62,365 nt of DNA from positions 1-62,365 of the IMG/VR virus record IMGVR_UViG_3300018868_000006; one strand, written 5' to 3'. Below the pieces are notes generated by a model, which was given only the letters and a program-made list of their open reading frames with translations, did no database searches and was not told the origin of the DNA. A program made the position numbers and the translations under genes. Source of the stretch: a virus (lineage: Duplodnaviria; Caudoviricetes). Positions within the stretch are counted from its first letter, which is position 1; every line of letters starts with the position of its first letter. Below are positions 1 to 10,159 of this stretch, piece after piece.

Positions 1-224
1 AAGGTGAACATAGCAGAGCCTGGTTGAGGACGGCCAATGTACCCGCCTACTTCTTCAACGATACAAGTAGGCTTGTCCAAGTGATAATAGATCTCTTTTA
101 ATCTCGCACAGATATCTGGCTCAGTTTCTGGCATTTTGATAGCGCGTACCCCGTAGGCTAGTTTCCAAGCTATCCCGCCCGATTTCCCCGGATCGATAGC
201 AATGAACTCTTTTGGATGGTTCAT
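1..224 (-). CDS. RuvC-like Holliday junction resolvase (partial, runs off left edge)
   Basis: Manual translation MNHPKEFIAIDPGKSGGIA...CIVEEVGGYIGRPQPGSAMFT has the IDPG and E...SAMFTF motifs of phage RuvC-like proteins. Confidence 0.8.
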   Translation of the reverse strand, partial: MNHPKEFIAIDPGKSGGIAWKLAYGVRAIKMPETEPDICARLKEIYYHLDKPTCIVEEVGGYIGRPQPGSAMFT

Positions 225-526
225 AAGATTCTAATTTTTTCCTTAACTTTTTCCCGGCTCAGCCAAGCCGAGAGGTCTGATTCGGTCACTCGCGGGCGTC
301 CACCCGCTTTGGAGTGCGGCAGGGGATTTACCGCCCTGCGGAAATAATTCTGAATAGATCTGCGGGAAACGCCGAGACGTTTCATTAAATCTGGAATTCT
401 GTAAATGGATTCGTGTGGAAGAGTTTTCGGCCATCCATTTTCGTCTACTGGCTCAAGCTCGACAGCTAGGTGTCCACTGGGCATTGTTAACACTCTGACG
501 GACTTTGTTTCGAGGACGAGTTTCAT
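221..526 (-). CDS. Excisionase-like HTH DNA-binding protein
   Basis: YRIPDLMKRLGVSRRSIQNY...LPHSKAGGRPRVTESDLSAWL is an HTH_17/Xis-type pattern; near the integrase. Confidence 0.75.
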   Translation of the reverse strand: MKLVLETKSVRVLTMPSGHLAVELEPVDENGWPKTLPHESIYRIPDLMKRLGVSRRSIQNYFRRAVNPLPHSKAGGRPRVTESDLSAWLSREKVKEKIRIL

Positions 527-540
527 TGGCGGTCTGTCTT

Positions 541-562
541 TTGTAAGTTCTGGAACTTACAA
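541..562. promoter_or_regulatory. Perfect inverted repeat, candidate operator upstream of xis-like gene
   Basis: TTGTAAGTTC-TG-GAACTTACAA. Confidence 0.5.
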
Positions 563-656
563 GTCCAGCACTTTTTGAGATATTTTTTAATCGATAAGTT
601 TCGTATCATTTTAGGGTTTGTACGAGTAGTAGTAATTCACAGCAAGCAAACTATAA

Positions 657-692
657 GGTGTTTAACACCATGTGTTTAGGGTGTTTAACACC
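657..692. promoter_or_regulatory. Two identical palindromic operators
   Basis: GGTGTTTAACACC at 657-669 and 680-692, between divergent xis-like and RHH genes. Confidence 0.6.
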
Positions 693-737
693 CCTAAAAC
701 TATTTTAGTTTTTACCGAGTGTCTGGTATGAGGACTA

Positions 738-920
738 ATGCCCAACAAGCGTCACCCAACCCGAAAATACATTGGTTTTTGGGGAACGAGTTTTTTAAAA
801 CAAAAATTAGTAATGCTTGCGACGCAGAAAAAAATGACACTGTCGCGTCTTATGACTAAAGTATTATGGAAACATCTAGAAAAATATAAACTTCTGGTCT
901 TGTTTTTTTACGACCTCTAA
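738..920 (+). CDS. Ribbon-helix-helix (Arc/CopG-like) regulator
   Basis: Alternating strand KYIGFWG followed by two helices (LKQKLVMLA..KKMTLSRLMTKVL). Confidence 0.55.
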   Translation: MPNKRHPTRKYIGFWGTSFLKQKLVMLATQKKMTLSRLMTKVLWKHLEKYKLLVLFFYDL

Positions 921-1095
921 CTCAATTCAAAAAAAAAACTATTTCTGTTTTTCGTTTTTCTGTTCCTGTCTTTTGTCCCACTCCTTCAGCAACAATGCTC
1001 GAATATATTCCGAAGTAGACTGGCCTCGGCTTTCGGCTTCTTTGGCCACCCAAACAAGCAGGTGTTTTTGTAAAACAAATGTTGCGGTTGTCTGA

Positions 1096-2349
1096 TTAGG
1101 CTTTCTGTGATTTGGCATGGCCTTTAATGGGAATTACGTTGTCGACCAACTTTGGTCGTATTTCAAAGTATTTCTTTGCTACCTCCTGGTTTAAAGACTC
1201 ACCATTTACGGTGATGGTCTTATATGTTCCCAAAAGCATCCCTGGGGAGTGACCGCAGGCGAGGGCAGTTTGGGCAGCGTTCTGGGTGTATGCGAGGTGA
1301 TACGAAGCAAATGAATGTCTCATACCATTGTCGATCCACTTCGATGGCAGTCTCGGGTTTTCCTGAGACGCCAACCAAGGAGAAATTAAAGTCGTTGGGT
1401 AACGTGATTTTGTTGAAGCAAGAATGTTTCCCTTAAGATCCTTATAGGGGGCAAGCCATTCAGCAAGGTTTGGCATAAGGGGAGCCAATCGACTTTGATT
1501 GGTCTTAGTGATTTCTCGGTCAAGACGAATGTTGCCGCCAACCCAATCGATGTTTTCCCACTTCAAGCGCGCCAGCTCGGCAGAACGAATGCCAGCAAAC
1601 AATCCGATCGCAAGGAAGGGGACGAGGTTCTTATCGCACAAGGTGAGCATCGCCTCGGCCTGTTCGGCGGAGTAAATCTCAACGGGTGGCTTTTTGAATT
1701 TAATCTCCTCTGATTTCTCGGCAGCGTGTTTACGCTCGTCGGACAAATAGCCTTTTCTACGGGCGTAGTTAAACAGGACGATAATTGCTGAACGCTGATT
1801 GTGCCTAGTGCGAGGAGCGTAGGTAGGGTCGGCAAGGTACTCGTCGATATCGTGTGGAGTTACCAGGGAGATAGGCTTGGACATTTTTGAAGCAAACCGC
1901 CTTAAGAGAGCTCGCATTGTGATCTTCTGAGAATTGGAGTTAAGTGAGCTTTCGTTTTTGGCCAGGAACTCTTCCACGAGTGCTGGAACACGGATTTCCT
2001 TCGTTTCTGCTGGATTGGTTTGGAGATAGGCTTTTACCGCCCGGTCGAGAGGGACGCCGTTGAGCATCGTTTCGCAGGCTCGATAGTATTGGAGATCCCG
2101 CATAGTAATTCCCTCGGCTGGCAAAGCTGATCCGTCAGCCAGTTGCTCCACGATTACTTTTGCCTCTCGCTTGGCTTCGGCAAGAGACGCCAGCCCGCGG
2201 CGCATTCTTTGTTTTCCCACCCTCCAGCACACGAAATAAGTGAAATATTTGTCACGAACTTTGCACTCGTAGATGCGAACTTCAGCCCAACCTTTCTTAA
2301 TAATCAGCGCTTTCATTTCTTGACAGATAGTATTGACAGTCTTGACCAA
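1096..2349 (-). CDS. int: Tyrosine integrase
   Basis: AGIRSAEL (R), ITKT (K), GMRHSFASY (RH of the HxxR/RH box), GHS...Y catalytic motifs. Confidence 0.95.
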   Translation of the reverse strand: MVKTVNTICQEMKALIIKKGWAEVRIYECKVRDKYFTYFVCWRVGKQRMRRGLASLAEAKREAKVIVEQLADGSALPAEGITMRDLQYYRACETMLNGVPLDRAVKAYLQTNPAETKEIRVPALVEEFLAKNESSLNSNSQKITMRALLRRFASKMSKPISLVTPHDIDEYLADPTYAPRTRHNQRSAIIVLFNYARRKGYLSDERKHAAEKSEEIKFKKPPVEIYSAEQAEAMLTLCDKNLVPFLAIGLFAGIRSAELARLKWENIDWVGGNIRLDREITKTNQSRLAPLMPNLAEWLAPYKDLKGNILASTKSRYPTTLISPWLASQENPRLPSKWIDNGMRHSFASYHLAYTQNAAQTALACGHSPGMLLGTYKTITVNGESLNQEVAKKYFEIRPKLVDNVIPIKGHAKSQKA

Positions 2350-2463
2350 CGCAAAGGAAATCTTTGCCTATTTTTGCCGATTGCGTTTCCGAGGTTTCCT
2401 ATGTATTCTGCTTTTACTGAAGGGCTTATCGGAAATTGTTGGAAGTTAGTAACTTACAGAAGC

Positions 2464-2482
2464 GGGGTCATAGCTCAATTGG
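2464..2482 (+). other. Candidate attP core: 5' fragment of a tRNA (Ala-like)
   Basis: GGGGTCATAGCTCAATTGG resembles a tRNA acceptor strand plus D arm; the rest of the cloverleaf is absent; lies about 115 bp upstream of int. Confidence 0.6.
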
Positions 2483-2569
2483 CAAAAAGTAGAAAGCACT
2501 GACAAACAGCTAATTACCGAAATCAATTAAAAATTCTTGACGTTTTCTTGACCGATTTTAATCTCGCAA

Positions 2570-4294
2570 TTGAGTGTGAACCAAGGTTTTGAGAGATATG
2601 GCCGAGTCTGGCCCGCTGGAACCACCGACGTAACAATCGAGTTAGTGGCCTTCCGCGAAAACTTTTCTCCAGAGCGGGGAGGTTTGGGCAAATATGCGCA
2701 TTTTCGCAACGTTGTTGAATTACTTTGGCCTTACGACAAGAAGAAAAACAAAGGCGGTTTCCAATGGAACCCTTGGGCGGAAAGAATATTTGAAGCCGCC
2801 TGTCAGCATAATTATCTCGGCGTCTCGGGTCCGAAATCTTCAAGCAAAACTCATTGCATTGGCATCTGGGGTTTAGTCAATTGGCTCTGTGATCCTTTTA
2901 ACACATTAGTTTTGGTCACCACAACGTCGGTTCGTGAGGCTCGCAAAAGAATGTGGGGAGTAATCCGTGAGAGGCACATTCAAGTCCCAGGACTCCCCGG
3001 TAAGATTATCGATTCAATGGGCAAACTCATTATGGAGGAGGCTGGAAGTGATCGGTCTTCTATTACGCTTATCCCTTCGGCCAAGGATAAGGAGAAGGAA
3101 GCAACCGAGAAGCTGATCTGATTAAAGAACAAAAGAGTGTTCTTGCTAGTGGACGAGGCCACGGACGTATCGCCAGCCATCTTCGAGGCCATTCATAACC
3201 TCGACTCCAACCCCTATTTCCAATGTATCGCCCTTGGAAACTTCGCCTCTGCATACGACCCTTTTGGTCAGTTTATTACCCCGACGGTTACTTGGAACGG
3301 GGTAAACGCTGAGATGGACGAGTGGGACACTACCCGAGGCAAATGCATCCATCTCGACGGGGAGCGAACACCCAATATCGACTCAGACGACGAGTGGCCA
3401 TTCCTACTCACAACCAAGCAACTTCGCGAGGCAAGGGATTACCAAGGGGAAAACTCGCTATCATACTGGCGGTTCATCCGTTCTTTCCCATCCCCCATCG
3501 GGGCAGAGCAGAACATTTATTCAGAAGCCGATATCCGAAGATACGAAGGTGAGGCACTACCCATATGGGATGGGTCTCCTACCAAGGTTGCGGGGTTTGA
3601 CCCAGCCTTCACCAACGGGGGAGATCGAAGCGTTTTGTACATCGGCTCTTACGGGAAGACGAATGTAGGGGTACCTGCGGTATCCTTTGGGAAGTCTTAT
3701 CTTTTGCGGGAAGACTCTACCAAGGCTAATGAGCCTAGAAACTTTCAGATTGCCCGCCAGGTGCGTGAAATATGCGAAAAGGAGGGAGTTAGGCCGGAAC
3801 ACCTTGCGGTCGATGCTACCGGCGCTGGAGACCCGTTTTGTGACATCTTAAGCGAAATGTGGTCACCAAGGATCTTTAGGGTCAAGTTTGGCGAAAAGCC
3901 TACAACAATGCCAACAAGCGGGGTGTCCCCTGTTAAGGCTAACGAGAAGTTTACGAATCGAGTTACAGAACTTTGGTATGTTGGTGTAGAATTTTTGAGG
4001 TCGGGGCAGCTCAAGGGAATTACTTCGGATCTCGCCAGGGAGCTTACTGCTCGAAAATACAGCACGTCTTCAGGCGGAAAGTTGGTGGTAGAGCCTAAAA
4101 AGGACATGAAAGCCAGGATGGGCAAATCTCCCGACTTAGCAGATGCCGCTTTTCTTATGTTGGACATCTGTCGTCAAAGACTGAACGCCTACGCTGGGGG
4201 CAAGCTCGTTATGAATCGGGGAGAAGGATGGCTGAAATCAGCTATAAAATTAGACGTAAGCTCGTTTGGAGATCGTCAAATCCTTGGAGCTTAA
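2570..4294 (+). CDS. terL: Terminase large subunit, interrupted by one in-frame TGA at 3119-3121
   Basis: Walker A-like GPKSSSKT, Walker B FLLVDEA, LGN coupling motif, nuclease GFDPAF/VDATG/SPDLADA; ORFs 2570-3121 and 3137-4294 share a frame (KLI*LKNKRVFLLVDEA). Confidence 0.9.
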
Positions 4295-4301
4295 ACACCT
4301 C

Positions 4302-4328
4302 TTGACGAAAATCCGTCAATGTTAGACT
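4302..4328 (+). promoter_or_regulatory. Promoter-like TTGACG-N15-TAGACT overlapping a TTGAC-N8-GTCAA dyad
   Basis: Intergenic, 10 nt before the portal start. Confidence 0.5.
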
Positions 4329-4337
4329 AGCTGGATA

Positions 4338-6545
4338 GTGTCTATCGAACTCGAGACGATCTCCGATTCTGGGAAAGCCCCTAGGACAAGAATTAAGGAC
4401 GCCAAAAGCGCTCATGCAATTTACACGTCCATACGGAACGCCGACGATGCCTCGTCAATCGATCGTCAAAAAATTCAGTCGATGCTCGACGGAGAGCCGC
4501 CGTATTCACCTCAACAGTTAAAGTCATTGGGGCAGGGGTATCGTGCAAATTTAAACTTTGGTGAGGCTGCCGCAGCTCTCGAAACATCCCTTTCTGCTTA
4601 TTCCGATTTAGTTAATTCCGTTGATAGGCTGGCCTCGGTGAAAACATCCGAGGGAGATCCCGCCCAGAGGGTAGAGTGGGAAAGCATCATTGCCGAAGAG
4701 TTCCACCGAACAATAACGGATTGGGACGAGTTTTTCTATAAGCAACAAATGCTGGCACATCAATTTGTCTCGCAGGGTGTTGGCGTTGCTTACTTCGAGG
4801 ATAACCGCAGTTGGAAGTGGAGCGTGTGCGGTCTCAAAGACTTTAAAGTTCCACGCGGAACACCCGCCTGCGACACCAAGGTCGAGGTAGCCACAATCGA
4901 GCGACATTACCTAGTCGGTGAGTTGTACCAATTTATTGAGAACCCAAAGATTGCGACTGAACTTGGCTGGAACGTGGAAGAAACTCGCAGAGCCATTCTG
5001 TTATCCACGGACAATGGGACAAGTTCCAATTCTCGCGATTGGGAGCGTCTGCAAGAAGAGCTTAAAAACAATGATCTGATGTACTCTCATGCACGATCCA
5101 AAATTGTTCGGTGCGTCCACTATTTCGTCAAGGAATTCGATGGGACGATCTCCCACTACATTGGTACTCGGGCTGGAGATACTGATGATTTTCTATTTAA
5201 GAAGCCAAGTCGATTCCAACACGCAAATGAGGCTTTTGTATTATTCTCCTACGGGATCGGCACGAATGGTCTTCTCCATAGTGTGAGAGGCTTGGGCTAC
5301 AAGCTGTTCCCCTTCATCCAGCTTTCTAATCGTATGCGGAACGCAATTGTCGACGGAGCTATGCTCTCTTCCGCCTTGATGATCCAGCCAGCTACTGGTG
5401 AAGACGTCAGCAACCTTTCTTTGATGTACAATGGCCCGCTCTCAATTCTGCCTCCCGGTATTAATGTTGTTGATAAAACTATGCCTAATCTGGCTGGTAA
5501 TGTTCTTCCGATTGTCCGAGATCTTGAAGTTGTCCGTCAAAACAATACTGGTACTTATAATCCAAAACAGGTTATGCCCGACGGGGATGCTCGAACTGCA
5601 ACCGAAGTTCAAGCTCAACTTGCACAGCAATCGCTTCTGTCGGCTCAGGCAATGAACCTTTATTATATCCCTTTCCAGAAGCTCCTCGCCGAGCAGTTCC
5701 GACGTCTGGCTACTGTGAATTATCGTTCTGACGAGCCAGGTGGCGAAGAGGCTATTGCTTTCCGCAAGAGGATTGAAGCTCGTGGTGTGCCTTGGAAGGC
5801 AGTTCAGAAGGTGTATCGTGTTCAAGCTGTTCGAGCGATTGGGGCTGGAAGCCCCGGAGCCCGTATGCTGGCCTTTAACGAATTTATGGCGATTATGCCG
5901 AGGTTTGACGAGGTGGGTCAGAGAAATCTTATTCGTGACAGGGTAGCCGCAAGAGTTGGTTACGATCAGGTCGATCGATACCTACCTAAGGGGGAAGTAG
6001 AACGCATTCCGATTGATGCCAAAATTGCGGAACTCGAAAACGATGCGATGCAAGGTGGCCGTGGCGTAAGCGTAAATCCTTGTGAAAACCACGCAGTCCA
6101 CGCCAAAGTTCACTTGGAAGACGCAAATCGTTTCTTGCAGGCTCTGCAACAGAATCAGGTCGACCCTAAAGTTGCGATGTCATATTTACAAGTACAGTAC
6201 CCGCATAGCACGGCACACGTTGAACAGTTGGCTTCAGACCCCTCAAGAAGAGAGGAAGTTGGAGTAGCAAAACAGATTCTCAATCAGATGCGGGAAGCCG
6301 TTGAGAATATCGGCAAACAACTCGCTGCCCAAGCGCAAAGAGAGGCGAGAGCTCGAGCCTCAGAGCAGGGCGGTCAAGTTGACCCCAAGACACAACTAGC
6401 AATTCAGAAAGCTCAAATTGACTCTCAAATTAAACTTCAAGAATCCCAACTAGATCAAAGGCTCAAGGCGGCCGATGTTCAGCAGAAAATGGCAATTAGA
6501 GATGCGGAAGCCGCCCAGAAGATACGACAGAAAAGTCTTGCCTAA
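4338..6545 (+). CDS. Portal protein
   Basis: 735 aa directly after terL; RTATEV motif; Q-rich coiled-coil C-terminus typical of podovirus portals. Confidence 0.85.
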   Translation: MSIELETISDSGKAPRTRIKDAKSAHAIYTSIRNADDASSIDRQKIQSMLDGEPPYSPQQLKSLGQGYRANLNFGEAAAALETSLSAYSDLVNSVDRLASVKTSEGDPAQRVEWESIIAEEFHRTITDWDEFFYKQQMLAHQFVSQGVGVAYFEDNRSWKWSVCGLKDFKVPRGTPACDTKVEVATIERHYLVGELYQFIENPKIATELGWNVEETRRAILLSTDNGTSSNSRDWERLQEELKNNDLMYSHARSKIVRCVHYFVKEFDGTISHYIGTRAGDTDDFLFKKPSRFQHANEAFVLFSYGIGTNGLLHSVRGLGYKLFPFIQLSNRMRNAIVDGAMLSSALMIQPATGEDVSNLSLMYNGPLSILPPGINVVDKTMPNLAGNVLPIVRDLEVVRQNNTGTYNPKQVMPDGDARTATEVQAQLAQQSLLSAQAMNLYYIPFQKLLAEQFRRLATVNYRSDEPGGEEAIAFRKRIEARGVPWKAVQKVYRVQAVRAIGAGSPGARMLAFNEFMAIMPRFDEVGQRNLIRDRVAARVGYDQVDRYLPKGEVERIPIDAKIAELENDAMQGGRGVSVNPCENHAVHAKVHLEDANRFLQALQQNQVDPKVAMSYLQVQYPHSTAHVEQLASDPSRREEVGVAKQILNQMREAVENIGKQLAAQAQREARARASEQGGQVDPKTQLAIQKAQIDSQIKLQESQLDQRLKAADVQQKMAIRDAEAAQKIRQKSLA

Positions 6546-6575
6546 ATAGTATTGACCTTCTAGCGTCAAGACACA

Positions 6576-6863
6576 ATGAAAATACAAGATTGGGCGAAAC
6601 GAGAAGATCTTCAATTAGAATGGAAAAATCTCTGGGATAACAACGAGACACTTAAAAAAGGTTTAGATGTTTTAAAGGATGTTGCTCTACCAGCCGAGGG
6701 AAGAGCTCCGCAAGGTGTTGATACGATTCAGTACAATGCCTTGATGAATGCACGTCGCGAAGGGTATTACGATGCTCTCCGTAACATCGAGGCTCTGAAA
6801 GAAATTGTTAAACCAAACGTAGTCAATCCAGAACCTTGGGAAAACCTCAAAAAGGAAGATTAA
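6576..6863 (+). CDS. Hypothetical head-region protein
   Basis: 95 aa ORF between portal and scaffold. Confidence 0.7.
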   Translation: MKIQDWAKREDLQLEWKNLWDNNETLKKGLDVLKDVALPAEGRAPQGVDTIQYNALMNARREGYYDALRNIEALKEIVKPNVVNPEPWENLKKED

Positions 6864-6866
6864 TTT

Positions 6867-8153
6867 ATGTCCACAGAAACCGTAGCGGCACCCGAAGCAG
6901 TCTCGCAACCAACAGCTCCAGCAACACCGACTCCTGCACCAGCGCCAGTTGTTTCTTTTGCTGACGCACTCGACAAAGCTTTAGGGGTAAGCGAACCGTC
7001 TAAAACCCCCATCAATGAAAAGGCGGCGGCTAAAGCTGTAAAAGCAGAGCCCGCCCCAACACCAGCTCCAGTTGCCAAGGTTGAGGAACCGAAGTCTGAA
7101 ACCAAAACTCCAGCATCGATCCTTGATAAGCTTGGTACTTTAGGGATAGAACCCAAGGAAGAGGTAAAGACAGAGACTAAGCCAGAAGAACCTTTGGCAG
7201 AAGTAAGCCAAGAAGCATCTACTCCGGCCGCACAGACTGCCTTTGCCAAACTGACTAAAGAGTTGAGGGAAGCAAAAGCCAAACTCAAAGACTTTGAGTC
7301 CAAAGTCGCTAATCGCACTGAGGCTGTTGAGGATAAGGGAGGGGATGTCAAAACCGATTCTCAGCTTTCTGAGTACCAAGCGAAAATTGAGCAGTTCCAA
7401 AAAGAGCGGGACGAGCTTGAGGGCGAGTTGAGGATTTCAAGGGTAGAGGCTACTCGCGAGTACAAAACCACAATTGGCGAACCGATTAAACAAACTACCC
7501 AGACGATTACGGATATCGCAAAAGTATACGAACTTAAAGCCTCCCCAATTCTGGATGCTGCACTAGAAACCGATGGGGCGAAGCGGAGAACCCTCCTCAA
7601 GGAACTTACGAGTGAGATGGATCCCGTAGACGCTTTGGCCGTAAGAACTAAAGTTGATGAGTTGGCGTTACTTAATGCCAAGCGTGATGAAGTCGTTCGA
7701 GAAAGCAAATCAGCTTTAGAGGCAATTGCCAAGCGCGATGCCGAAGCAGAAAAGGCAAGCCGTGATCAGTACGATCAAGAAGCTAGGAAAGCTTTTGGAG
7801 ACGTCTGGAATTCCTTTCAGGAGGAGATGCCTTTGCTCAAAAAGATTGAAGGCAACGAACCTTGGAATAAAACGATCGACGAACTCCGCTCAAATGCCGA
7901 GAAGCTGGATTCCGAGCCGCTGGACCACAAGCAGAGAGCTGCCTTAACTTATCAGGCGGTTACCCTCCCACTAGTTGTGCAGGTATTCAAAGATTACGTA
8001 TCTAAAACCAATCAGGAACTCGCGAGCCTCAAGGACAATTTGTCTGAGTATCGGAAAGCAACCCCTGGTGTTGGCTCTGGCGCGGCACCAGCCAAGTCGG
8101 AAAAACTTGATAAAGGTCTTAGCTTCTTAGAAGCCCTCGAAAAAGGTTTGTAA
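6867..8153 (+). CDS. Capsid scaffolding protein (probable)
   Basis: Pro/Ala/Glu-rich N-terminus, long charged helices, head module position; similar SF.DAL/SFLEAL motifs at both ends. Confidence 0.65.
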   Translation: MSTETVAAPEAVSQPTAPATPTPAPAPVVSFADALDKALGVSEPSKTPINEKAAAKAVKAEPAPTPAPVAKVEEPKSETKTPASILDKLGTLGIEPKEEVKTETKPEEPLAEVSQEASTPAAQTAFAKLTKELREAKAKLKDFESKVANRTEAVEDKGGDVKTDSQLSEYQAKIEQFQKERDELEGELRISRVEATREYKTTIGEPIKQTTQTITDIAKVYELKASPILDAALETDGAKRRTLLKELTSEMDPVDALAVRTKVDELALLNAKRDEVVRESKSALEAIAKRDAEAEKASRDQYDQEARKAFGDVWNSFQEEMPLLKKIEGNEPWNKTIDELRSNAEKLDSEPLDHKQRAALTYQAVTLPLVVQVFKDYVSKTNQELASLKDNLSEYRKATPGVGSGAAPAKSEKLDKGLSFLEALEKGL

Positions 8154-8156
8154 TCC

Positions 8157-10154
8157 GTGGACGATACGCCCTTCGTAAACGATGGGGCAGACACGTCCTT
8201 GCGGAAGGCGGTCAGTCTCCTTAACAAGATTGAGGCTAAGACTGGGTCGGCCACCATTACTGGCCCAGTCACGGTCACTAACGAAGTTGAGATTAAAAAC
8301 GATGCGAACAATCCTCTACCCGTAAGCGACAACAACGGTTCTCTGACCGTTGACGGCACAGTCGAACTTGGCTCAACGAGTCTTGCTGCCCTAGAGAACA
8401 TCAGCGTCACCTTTCCAGCGACTCAGAATGTAAATGTCACCAATGCTGGGTTAAGTGTTTCGGTATCGAATCTTCCGGCGACTCAGCCCGTCTCGCTTGC
8501 CTCAGTTCCTTCGCACCCAGTCACTGGCACGTTTTGGCAAGCTACTCAGCCCGTCTCCCTAGCCTCCGCTCCCGTTACCCCAGTCACTGATAACGGCGGA
8601 TCATTGACTGTGGATGGGACAGTCACTGTCAACGACATGACCAGCGGGAACGCAAAGACAAAAGTCGTAGATTCAGCCGGAGCTGACGTGTCCTACATTA
8701 CTGCTGGCACGGCTGGAACTCCGTCTCCAAATGTGCTTACCGTGCAGGGGATTAGTGGCGGAGTTTCTCTGCCTATCTCTGGCACGGTGACGGCGAACCT
8801 TTCCGCAACAGACTTTTCTGAGCTTGAAAACATCGCTATAAACACACAGAGTCTTTCCTCCATTGGTGGAACCTACGAATCAGCCGCCACGACAGACACT
8901 GGAACGTTTTCAGTCTTAGCATTTATCAAACGTGGAATGCAGAATTGGACAAGCCTTCTTGCAAAAATTCCAGCTCTTGTTTCTGGAAGAATTCCAGTTG
9001 ATGGGTCTGGTGTAACTCAACCAATCTCGGCTTCTTCGCTCCCACTTCCATCTGGTGCTTCGACTGCGGCTAAACAACCAGCTCTTGGGACTGCTGGAAC
9101 TCCCTCATCCGACGTAATCACTGTTCAAGGAGCTTCTGCTGGAACAGCTTTAAATACTAAGGAAACTCAGCCTACTGGTGATTACGTTATTAACTCTGGT
9201 CCGTTAAGTTTTGTCGCACCTAATAATGTTGTCACCACGACCTCAACTTTCGACGCAGGAGCAAATGCGGATTATGTAGTGCTCTCCGCTAGTTTTGGTG
9301 GGCCAAGTGGTGGACATCTAATTGATGTATCAACCGACGGTACTTATTGGCAAAGCGGAACATACAATTCAATCTATTATGATGCGCCAGCATTAAGTTC
9401 GACTGATACATATAGTTACAGAGGAGCGACCGGTTCATTGTACGGAGGCACCCAAACCAGCTATTCCGGACGTTATATTATAAACTGCGTCCAGGCTGTT
9501 CCTTTTCAGAACTATTCTGCAAGTTTCCGTTATTTTAGAATTACAACAGCGGCTACATACGGTTCGCTTAGGTACAGGTTTACATCTTACAAAAGTATTA
9601 AAAACTCGATTACTGGGGCTAACGCCGGATCAATAACAACCGTCAATGGACGTGTTGACGTTGGTTATGTTTCGGCCTTACCAACGCTTAGTGCGACTGT
9701 TACTCAAGCAACAGCTACAAACTTAAAGACTCAGGCTGAAAACTACCAAGGGGGGACTGCTGTTGGGTCTGCTAATCCTCTCCAAGTCACTCTTGCAAAT
9801 ACTGCGGCCAACGCAACAGCCGTTAAAGTTGACGGATCTGCCGTAACTCAACCAGTTAGCGGAACCGTTACGATTAATAATTCTCAAGGTGCAACCGTAA
9901 CTCAGAGCACGTTTACTAGTACAACTGCATCTACTTCCTTGGTTGCAGCGAGTGCAAATAGAAAAACCCTAACGGTTTTCAACGAAGGAGCAGGGATGCT
10001 TTACGTTTCAGTCGGAGCAACGTGTACAAGTACCTCTTATCAGGTGAGGCTGTCAGCCGGGGACTACTGGGAGTGTCCGTCCAATCAAACTTCACTGGCT
10101 CACACGGCAGTGTTTGCTACATCCGGAAATGCTAGAGTAACAGAAGTGGTTTAA
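8157..10154 (+). CDS. Fibre-like virion protein with TQPVS repeats
   Basis: Thr/Ser/Val-rich, repeated TQPVSL, DNGGSLTVDGTV and GTAGTPS units; beta-rich C-terminal domain. Confidence 0.6.
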   Translation: MDDTPFVNDGADTSLRKAVSLLNKIEAKTGSATITGPVTVTNEVEIKNDANNPLPVSDNNGSLTVDGTVELGSTSLAALENISVTFPATQNVNVTNAGLSVSVSNLPATQPVSLASVPSHPVTGTFWQATQPVSLASAPVTPVTDNGGSLTVDGTVTVNDMTSGNAKTKVVDSAGADVSYITAGTAGTPSPNVLTVQGISGGVSLPISGTVTANLSATDFSELENIAINTQSLSSIGGTYESAATTDTGTFSVLAFIKRGMQNWTSLLAKIPALVSGRIPVDGSGVTQPISASSLPLPSGASTAAKQPALGTAGTPSSDVITVQGASAGTALNTKETQPTGDYVINSGPLSFVAPNNVVTTTSTFDAGANADYVVLSASFGGPSGGHLIDVSTDGTYWQSGTYNSIYYDAPALSSTDTYSYRGATGSLYGGTQTSYSGRYIINCVQAVPFQNYSASFRYFRITTAATYGSLRYRFTSYKSIKNSITGANAGSITTVNGRVDVGYVSALPTLSATVTQATATNLKTQAENYQGGTAVGSANPLQVTLANTAANATAVKVDGSAVTQPVSGTVTINNSQGATVTQSTFTSTTASTSLVAASANRKTLTVFNEGAGMLYVSVGATCTSTSYQVRLSAGDYWECPSNQTSLAHTAVFATSGNARVTEVV

Positions 10155-10159
10155 TACCT

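Noticed and set aside
657-692. Mini CRISPR array
   Set aside because: Only two 13-bp repeats with a 10-bp gap and no cas genes; better explained as operators
928-975. Poly-A run and T-rich tract after the RHH gene as a frameshift or phase-variation site
   Set aside because: It lies after the stop codon between convergent genes, and no downstream frame extends the protein convincingly
2464-2540. Complete tRNA gene
   Set aside because: Only the 5' 19 nt look tRNA-like; no anticodon arm, TTC loop or 3' acceptor strand
3119-3121. Genome-wide UGA recoding (genetic code 4 or 25)
   Set aside because: Many genes end in TGA with ATGA overlaps (e.g. 15587, 18409, 20134), and no other long gene shows an internal TGA
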